Assembly (NCBI GenBank): GCA_000388065.2
Contig: KB932204.1
DNA: 29,327 nt
Direction: 5' to 3' (one strand)
Source: Fonticula alba ATCC 38817
Lineage: Eukaryota; Protista; Nucleariida
The position numbers were made by a program, and so were the translations under genes. The notes below the pieces were generated by a model, which was not told where the DNA came from, made no database searches, and saw nothing but the letters and a program-made list of their open reading frames with translations. Within the stretch, counting starts at the first letter, position 1, and each line of letters opens with the position of its first letter. Positions 21,196 to 29,327 of this stretch are shown one piece after another.

Positions 21196-21852
21196 TTACA
21201 GGAGGGCAGCGCCGAAGGCGGCGGCGGCGGCGGCCACCGACATGGCAGCCATGCTGAAGCCGTTGGAGGAGGCACTGTTGCAGAGGTAGTTGCCGCTGCC
21301 GAGAGTGACGGTGGCACCGAAGCTGGCCGAGTTGAACTGCTGGCAGTTGGTCTGCAGGCGGGTCATGCCCTCGAGACAGGTGTTGCTGGAGGTCTGAGTG
21401 CCGACGACGTTGCAGTTCATCATGTCGTACAGGCCGCGGAAGCAGTCCTCGTCGCACTGCTGGGCGAGGGAGACACAGCGGTCCCGGAGGAAGTCCTGGC
21501 GGCGATCGCGAGAGCGCTTGGAGCAGCCCTTGGGGTTGGACTTCTTGGCGTTGGCCGAGGCAACGATGGCTGTGCGCGGAGGCCGGAAGCCGGAGGCGCA
21601 GGGGGGAGGGGGAGGTGGTGCAAGAGACGAGAGCATGTTAGTCTTCGGTCACAGGGCGGCCCCCCCCTGCCAGGGGCAGGCAGCATCATGCTTGGGACAT
21701 GGAGGGGGGGGGGGAGGGGGGCAGTGGCCAATGTTGCGACACAGGAGCCAAGTGCGCCACGGGGCGGGGGCAAACAGCGCGCGGCACGCACCGAGGACCA
21801 GGACAAGGGCCACGACCAGCTTGCGGAGGAGAGAGACAGAGGAGCGAGACAT
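21196..21852 (-). CDS. Secreted 8-cysteine small protein (144 aa) with signal peptide and probable C-terminal GPI-anchor signal; 2 exons
   Basis: Exons 21852-21792 and 21569-21196 (donor GTGCGT, acceptor GCACAG, phase 1). N-terminus MSRSSVSLLRKLVVALVLVLAIVASANA is signal-peptide-like. Eight Cys. C-terminus NSASSNG-FSMAAMSVAAAAAAFGAALL gives small omega-site residues plus a hydrophobic tail. Strong C-ending codon bias. Confidence 0.82.
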
Positions 21853-24800
21853 TTTTTCTTAGGGGACTTTGACCGAACCAGCGGGGTAGTTTGCTGTGGC
21901 GTTTGGCCGCGATCGCGGACGGGGACGTGTGGCGTTAGTGAGGCAGAGAGGTATGTGGCCAGGCGGGGGGGGGGGGGGGCGTGAGAGGGAGAGGCGATGC
22001 TTCCTCTGTCCAGGCGTGTGCATGTGTGGTTTTAAGGGGGGATGTACCAGGAGTTCGAAGAAAAGTGTGGTAAAGAAGTTCTGGTGATCGGGAGAGCGGG
22101 GGATGTTTTTATAGCCACAGGGGCCCCGCCGGCGAGCTGCTGTGGCGGCGTCTCCCGGCGTGACGGCCCTCCCCCCCCCNNNNNNNNNNGGGGGGGGGGG
22201 GGCACGGACACAGGGCAGCGACCCGTGCGGTGGGGCCCAGCCGCCCACGGCTGACCACCCGCCGGCACTCCCCGGCAGACCGATGCGCAGCCGGGGGCGC
22301 CTGCGCCGGAGGGGGACCGGACATCCCCCCCCGCCGCCCCGGCTCCCGGGGCGAGCCGAGATGGGGAAGGGGCGGCAGGGTGGGGACGCGGAGAACCCCC
22401 CTTGTTGCGCATCCGGTGCTCACAGGAGCCGGCAATATATTTACCGCGGACCCGGGGCGAAGGATACACCACATCCTCGGGGCTTCCCCCCCCCCCCCGC
22501 CCGGCCCCGGGGTGTTGCTTACATACTGTCAGCGAATTCACGCTCAGCTGAAAGGTCGTGAATGAGACGCGGCCAGGCCGACCCTTGGCAGCTCAAAAAG
22601 CCCGAAACCACTGACGTGCTGGGACCTCAGGCTGGGCTGGCGGCCTGCGCCGGTGGGCGGGGTCCGGGCGGCGCCCGCTCCCGCCGGGCAGCCTGCCCAG
22701 TGCCCGTACTTCGGCCGCGGCCGTGGGGCGGAGGCCGAGAGAGAGAGAGGCCAGCAACCGCGCATCAGAGCCAAGGGCCAGGGGAGTGGGACACAGGCAA
22801 GGCACGCCGTCTGTCCACGAAACCCCCGGCCTCGGGCAGCGCGTGTAGTTCTCACACCCCTTGGGAAGAATACCGCTGGGAAATGCGAGACCAACTTGGT
22901 GGTGGTGGTCCGGGGCCGGAGGGTCCGGGCGTCGGGGCACAGGGAGGCGGGCACCCCCGGGAGGAAGGGGGGCACCGCCCCCCGCCCCGCGGTAAGAGGG
23001 GACTCTTTGCGCCCCGCGCCGCGTCCCCAGCAGGCCCAGAGGACCGGAATAGTGGCGCCAATTGTTCGAGCCTACGCCATGCACGAATGTCTCCGCCGGC
23101 AGTAGGGCCGTTCCCGCGCGCGCGCGCGCGAGAGAGGTCTGCCCCGGCTCCCGCCCCCGGCAAATGGATAATATTAGTTGCAGGAAGCGCGGCACACATG
23201 CTCGGGCGCAGGGGCCTCGCGCACCTGACCCGGCAGGGGGGGGGGGGGCGGGGGACTCTGCCCGCTCGGAGATCCGGCCTCGAGGCCCCCTCCGGACCTC
23301 CCCCGCGGTTGTCGCTGTGCCGCTGCCACCGCTGCTGGCGCGGCTGCTGCCGCACCAAGGAGGCAGCCCGGGGGGCGCGGCCGGGGAGCCGTGCCCCGAG
23401 CGAACCGCGCCCCGAACAAGCCGCGCGCCAACGCGGCCTGCACCACCGTGCTGCGAGGGAAAGAGCCCTCGGAAACCCTGGCGCCGGGCCGCGAAGAAAG
23501 GCAACCCAGGATGGCTGTTTTATGGGGTGCGCGCCCTTCGGTGCGAGGATTCGCACGCTCCGCACGAAAGAGGCCCCCCCCCCCCCACATCAGAGCGGCC
23601 CCACATGCCTGGCTGACGGTGAGCCGCGCGCGTCGGCCGTCTGGCCAGCAGACGCCTCAACAAGACGACTTCGCCTTTAGCTCGGGCCGGGGGGCGGCCG
23701 GCGGCGGCGTCTGCCTGCCCGGGAGAGAGGGTGACTGGGAAAAAATGCCCGGAGGAGCCCCGAGGGGAAATTTGGCCACATCGGCCTCCGGCTTGTCATT
23801 TCCAAAATAATAGCCCAATCCATCGCCACCATCCCCGAAAACTGGGGCGCCACTTTTGTCGGGGCCCAGCACGAACACCCCGGGCCTCCGACCCGCACCG
23901 CCTTTCCCGGATCAGGTGAAACGCCCCGAACCGGGTGATCAGAAGATGCTGATAGGGACTTTACCCCACACTTCCCCTTTGGCGTTGTAACCCGGGGCCT
24001 CGAATCGGGCCGGCCCACCCGAGCGCCGGTTAACTCGGCCCGCCGCCGGCCGCCCTGGTGGCCTCATTTATCTTTCTTTATTCCGCACGTCCTCCACACC
24101 CCCCCCCCCCCCCCTCAGGGGCGCTACCACTGCTGAGTACGAAGGCCCGAGCCCGAGCCCGGGGCCCTTTTCATGGCATTCCCCCTAAGCCGGTGGGGGT
24201 GGGGGTGGTGTTTTTTTATTTTGTCCAGTTTCTTTTTATTTTATTTTTCCTTCCAATCCCGTTGTCTCGTCCTCGGCCAATACCAGTGACCGGTGGTCAC
24301 GTCATCCCCCGGAGAGGAGCCGACAGGCAAATGAAACCAGCCCCGGGGAGGGGGCGATTGAGGAGGCGGGGGAAAAGAGCAGAAGGAAGAAGAGGAAGTA
24401 GAAGAGGAAGAAGTAGAAGACAGCACATGGGGGGCGGAGGGGACCTCATTTTGGGTCACCGAACGACAGGCACGGCCCGCGACCGTCTCTTTTTCACGGT
24501 CAAATCCCCGTCTACCTTGGCGCCGCATTGTCGCCTGCATATCCCGTGTGTAAGTGCCGTTTGTGTGTGCTTGTGTGTGCTTGTGTGTGTCCGTGTGTCT
24601 GTACCTTCACATGCGTCGGTGTGTGTATGTCGGCGTGTGTTTTAGCCTCCCCCCCCCCCGGTCATAACGCCAGTTGGAGGCGGGAACCCCCATGAATGTG
24701 CTCGTGCTTGTCTTGCGACTCTATTCGACATATGGAGAGGCGAGGATAAGAAAGACCGGGGAGGGGGGGGGGTCAAAATGCGCCCGGTGTTGTGTGCGAA

Positions 24801-26211
24801 GCACGCGCTCGGAAACGGAGGGAGGGGGGGTGTCGAGCCCCGAGGAAGGCAGCCCGGGCAAGGCACATATGCCTGTCCTCTGCCGCGAGCAAAATTGCGC
24901 ATCCCACCAGGCCGGCCCCCGGAGGAGGAGGAGAAGAAGAAGAAGAGAAGGGGAAGGGGGGGGGGCAGCAAAGGGGGAAGGGACAAGGGGCGCCGGGAAG
25001 AAACCAGCCAAGTCTGCGCGTGTGACGGGAGGAGGACAAACAAAATCAGGTCCTCCTGTATGTGTGTGTGTGGGGGGGGGGGGGGGCTACTTGCGCATAC
25101 CACTGGTGGCGGGCCCCTTCTCCTGGCTCTCCCATCGCGCCACGTTATCTGAAGTTCGGGTGCCGCGGCCGCGGGGGGGACCGCCGATGGCGCTGGTACA
25201 TAGGCAAATCCTGACAGGGGAGCAATGGATACCGATGGGACCGAGGACATGATCGCCTCGCCAGCGAGCACAGCACTTGTTTCTTTTGTTGGAATGGGCC
25301 AGGATCGATCGCCGATCTGCCTGAATCTGGGAAGCCGTATGTATGGGCGGGCCGGACCATTTGTATATGTTTGTGCGCAGGCGTAGATAAATATATATAC
25401 ATAGATACATGTGTGTATGTATGTGTGTGTGTGGGGGGGGGGGGGGGGGGGGGCTTGCCGTGAGCGGCTTGCCCTCACGAAGGACATCACCCTGGGAGTG
25501 TCGAGCGGCAGGCAGCGGGGTTCCTCACAGGAAGCCCGGCAAAATGGCCTGTCCCCTCGGTCCAGGGGTTGGCGTCTGGCCGCTCGATCCCATGGCCCTG
25601 CCTGCCCGGTTCACCGCGAAAGGAACCATTTGCGTTGTCTGCATTGTGGGGTTTCTCCAGGCGAGGGCCGAGCACGCGTTGTGGTCACACTGGTGGCGGC
25701 TGCGCAGCATATTAATTCCAGCCCACCCGCTCGGCGCGGCCCTGCACCTGACCCCCCCCCATGGGCGGGCAAGGGGGTCTCGCATGCCCCCCAGTCATGG
25801 CGGGGAAGAGGGGGTGCAGGAGCTGAGCCGGGGGACGGGAGCACCTCCCCGGGGTGATGATCGGCTGCCATGGGCGGCCCGCGGAGTGTTTGCCCCTCGG
25901 CCGGACAGGAAATCCGGGGGGAGGGGGGGGGGGAGCGGGGGCGGGCGACACACACGTTCCAGCTGCTGGCCAGCCTGGGCAAAGGGAAAAAAAGGGCCCC
26001 CATGATGCGGCTCTCATTGTTCAAGAGCTGGGAACACGATCCCTTCTCTCCTCTTGCGCGATCCTAGCCCTGCTCTTGCTCGCACTGCGTGTGCATATGT
26101 CCCAGCACCAGGGGCCCGCCTGGCGTTCGTCTGCCCTTTCCCTCCTTCACCTCCGTGTTCTGGCCAGGTTAGCCTTGTGGTGCCCGACTCGCCGCACCCG
26201 ATCGCCTCGCC

Positions 26212-26590
26212 ATGAGGTTACGCCGCGGGCTGCCGGCCCTGCTGGCCTTTGCATTCATCACCGGGGCCTTCCTCGGAGCAGTGGTCATCGGATCGCTGTA
26301 TGCCGATCGCGAGCGCGACCAAATCATCATCACGCGAGCCGACACGCCAATGGAGGCGGCCGCACGGGTAGCCGGCTGCCTTGGCCGGGCCCCCGGTGCT
26401 GGCGGCGAGCTGGATGAGATGCCCCTCGGCCCGGCCAAGCTCCTGCGCATGGTCCGGCCGGCATTGTCGCTGGGCGTGTGCGAGGTGTCCCCCTCGACCT
26501 TGCGGTATGAGTCCCTTCTTCGCTGGATCCTCGCGCATCATTTTTCTGCCTTTCTTTCTGTTTGACCGTGTGGGTGTGTGTGTCGGTGCG

Positions 26591-26643
<53 letters not shown>

Positions 26644-27262
26644 TTATATATGTGGGCGCATGTGCCTCTGCCCGCGTGAATGTCTACATGCCCATGCCCC
26701 TGCGTGGCTGTCGTCTTGTTTGCTGACCATCCCCCATGTGCTCTCCGCGCTCCCGGCCGAACTCCGCCTTGGCGGCATCCAAAAAGAATGCATCGCCTCC
26801 ACATGCTGTTCAATACGCCTGCCGCGGTCACGACCAGCCATCGCATCCTCAACCACGCGGTGCAGGGGTCGGCCGCGTGCAGACCGAGCATTCGGCTGGC
26901 CACCATCCCCGTCGAGTGCCCTTTCCCGGGCGATCTGCTGATGGGCTCCGAGGAAAACCGCCAGGCCCTACTGGCCAAGGGCCGGTCGGAGGCGGACCTC
27001 ATGCTGGTCGCGTCCGAGGCCGATCGCGAGGTCCGCCTGAATGGCCAAACGCTGTTGGGGCTGAGTACGCGCGACGCCGAGCGCATCGAGGCCGTCAAGG
27101 TGANNNNNNNNNNCATGCCCCCCCCCCCCCACATGGCTGGCTCGGGGGTGCTCGCCCCGGTGAACGGGGGGTACACAGGCGCAAGGTGTGTTTGGAACAG
27201 CCACACCGGGCACCATTGCGATGTGCGGAAACACCTTCCAGGCTGCCAGGTGTGCGGGATAA
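26212..27262 (+). CDS. Hypothetical protein with N-terminal signal anchor/TM helix; probably 3 exons
   Basis: Exon 1 26212-26504 (MRLRRGLPALLAFAFITGAFLGAVVIGSLY..., donor GTATGA). Exon 2 26787-27099 (only phase-compatible AG, an AAG acceptor; donor GTGA next to an N gap). Tentative exon 3 27179-27262 (AQGVFGTATPGTIAMCGNTFQAARCAG*). Coding-like codon usage in exons 1-2. No family recognised. Confidence 0.6.
26594..26650 (+). repeat. (AC)n(AT)n microsatellite in intron 1 of the hypothetical membrane protein gene
   Basis: Directly visible. Confidence 0.88.
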
Positions 27263-27787
27263 TTCTGGCGCGCTGCCCCCCTTCCTGTGGTCCAGTTGGC
27301 CCGACCCGGTGGGGAAGGAGGGAGGCGGACGTGGCGCGGCGTGGGATATGCCCGGAAGGCTCGCCGACTAGCAGGACAAAAGAATGGGAAGCCGTGAACA
27401 TGGGAGCCAATATTGCGGCGTGAGCCGCTTACGGCCGAGGACAGCCGAAGGCCTTCCCGGGCATATCATGATATTCCCCCGCCCCTCTGGGCGGATCTAA
27501 CTAAAGTCGATAGAAAGTCACAGGCGATACGGGCGCGATTCCGGGCGGGCTGAGATTGTCGATAGAGGCCGGCCCGAGCATGGGAAAGCTACATGGCCCT
27601 GCGGTGGGGTGTCCGAATTTCTCGGCGTACCAGGAATGCAACCAGACCGGGTGCTCCTCGCTGCCCCATGTCTCCGGGTCAGCTTATTGCAGCGGCGGCC
27701 ACGCCGGCAGGCATACCGACAAGAGGACTGTCTGGGGGGGGGGGATGGTGCGGCGAGAAGTGGGCGAGAATAGGAAAATAATGGCAG

Positions 27788-28108
27788 NNNNNNNNNNNNN
27801 NNNNNNNNNNNNNNNNNNNNNNNNNNNNNNNNNNNNNNNNNNNNNNNNNNNNNNNNNNNNNNNNNNNNNNNNNNNNNNNNNNNNNNNNNNNNNNNNNNNN
27901 NNNNNNNNNNNNNNNNNNNNNNNNNNNNNNNNNNNNNNNNNNNNNNNNNNNNNNNNNNNNNNNNNNNNNNNNNNNNNNNNNNNNNNNNNNNNNNNNNNNN
28001 NNNNNNNNNNNNNNNNNNNNNNNNNNNNNNNNNNNNNNNNNNNNNNNNNNNNNNNNNNNNNNNNNNNNNNNNNNNNNNNNNNNNNNNNNNNNNNNNNNNN
28101 NNNNNNNC
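27788..28108. other. Assembly gap (321 N); smaller gaps at 4336-4345, 7260-7284, 22180-22189, 27104-27113
   Basis: Runs of N; the four small gaps all sit next to G/C homopolymers. Confidence 0.99.
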
Positions 28109-29052
28109 CCGCCGTGGGGGATAGACACAACCGGGCTCTTCAGGCAGCCTTCACCCCAGACGATGGCGACCGCGTGGGGCCCAGGGTCCGACAGCCACGC
28201 TTATTAGTCCCCTCTTCGACAGCCAAGCCCCTTCGACCGACTGGCTTGCTAGCCGAGCCGACGCCGCTTCTCGACGGCCCACACGGCGTGTCTGCCCCCG
28301 GCCCCCGGCCCCGGGTCCCGGGCCCCCCTCCCCGTCCCTCTCAAACATCTGCCCTGGGAGACAGCCAGGGGCCTTTTTGCCTGGTCCATCGCGGCATGGC
28401 TGTTGGTGGGGATTTATTTTTTCTACATTTGTCCCTGTGCCCGCGTCTGCTCCGGCGGTTATGGGCGCTGTGTGCGTGTGCGTTGTGGGTGTATTTGTAC
28501 GGGAGTGAAGCCCGGTTTCTATCATCCATGCCATCTCCCGGACCCCTTGGAGCGGGGGCATCCGCCCCGAAGCGAGGAGTCCTCTGCCGTTGTGTAGTCC
28601 ACAACGCCAGTGGGCCTTGGTCGAGATGCCAACGGCCGCCCCATGGGGTGGAGCGTACCGATGCGCACCCCCCCCCCCCCCCCGCCCGCCCCGCGGCTCG
28701 AAGGGCGCACTCTGATACTTGGGGCGCCTTGATTAGTTAAGGCCGGAGACCAGAATGCACGACGTGATACATTGGCGGCGATGTACTTCCGGCCACTCAC
28801 GTGAACACGCCAGAAATTATGGACGCAGGCACGCGGACCGCGCTCCATGACCCCGACACAAATGTCCCCACAAATGTGTTTTCGCGTCTCTTTGCCCAGT
28901 CGGGTGCCGGCGGGGCCTGCCCTTCGGGCGCCTGTGCTGTGGCCAGCTTGTCCGTGTCTCTTTGGTGCACGGACTTCTGGAAGTTGGCGTCTTGGCGGGC
29001 ACCAGGCTTTGGGCCTTCCCGCTGAAGGACGACCATGCACGAGGGAGCATCC

Positions 29053-29053
<1 letters not shown>

Positions 29054-29113
<60 letters not shown>
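29054..29113 (+). repeat. (TG)n microsatellite
   Basis: About 30 perfect TG units. Confidence 0.92.
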
Positions 29114-29114
<1 letters not shown>

Positions 29115-29327
29115 TCGGATGCCTGATGCCTGGTACTCATCACACGGGCGGAGATTGTGGACAAAGGAGGGGAGCCCTCGTCTCTGCCCCGCCCTTGGCG
29201 GTCCTGCCGGATTTTCGGCACCGGGGGCAGTGGGGGAGGGGATACCCGGGCCCGGAGCGAGTGCGGCCCCATCCCCCTGTACGCATGCGTCCGCGTGCAT
29301 GTATGTGTGTGTGTGTGTGGGGGGGGG

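Noticed and set aside
20575-21984. 469-aa plus-strand ORF
   Set aside because: It is the antisense shadow of the GPI protein gene plus repeat-derived sequence.
22170-22202. C-run/N10/G-run apparent hairpin
   Set aside because: Homopolymers flanking a scaffold gap; the true sequence is unknown.
22544-24018. Overlapping 140-370 aa ORFs on both strands
   Set aside because: Arg/Gly/Pro/Ala-rich, with no domain motifs and no consistent splice structure; expected at this GC content.
23960-24040. GC-rich stem-loop with TCGAATC resembling a tRNA T-loop
   Set aside because: No cloverleaf, acceptor stem or A-box can be built.
1850-27262. The nine genes as a functional cluster or novel system
   Set aside because: Functions are unrelated housekeeping (ALDH, Fe-S assembly, transport, clamp loader, RNA processing) plus orphans. 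There is no pathway logic or shared motif supporting a cluster.
27556-28740. 394-aa ORF spanning the large gap
   Set aside because: It stays open only because of 321 Ns.

Overview
This is GC-rich, intron-rich eukaryotic nuclear DNA from a draft short-read assembly with five N gaps. It is not prokaryotic: I found no CRISPR array, tRNA/rRNA gene or recognisable mobile element. The style (C-run and CA/CT microsatellite introns, GTGCGY donors, Ala/Gly/Pro loop insertions) resembles a Fonticula-like opisthokont amoeba; that is inference, not a database result. I reconstructed nine spliced genes by hand with consistent exon phases: an N-terminally anchored ALDH22/MSC7-type aldehyde dehydrogenase (+), CIA2/FAM96 (+), an SLC13/SLT-SAC1-type permease with two TrkA-C domains (-), RFC2 (-), a 78-aa single-pass membrane microprotein (+), CLP1 (-), a DTW-domain tRNA aminocarboxypropyltransferase (+), a 144-aa 8-Cys probably GPI-anchored surface protein (-), and an unknown N-anchored membrane protein (+). 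Most long ORFs in the six-frame track are GC-driven noise. Points worth a second look: an Illumina adapter embedded in a 156-bp false tandem duplication inside the DTW gene; an orphan 8-Cys GPI protein whose stop codon sits inside a perfect GTAAGT donor; CLP1 lacking its RNA-clasp residues; a possible mitochondrial presequence isoform of the DTW enzyme; a +4C-dominated donor consensus; and a 78-nt perfectly alternating purine/pyrimidine intron tract. I cannot support a novel multi-gene system from sequence alone.
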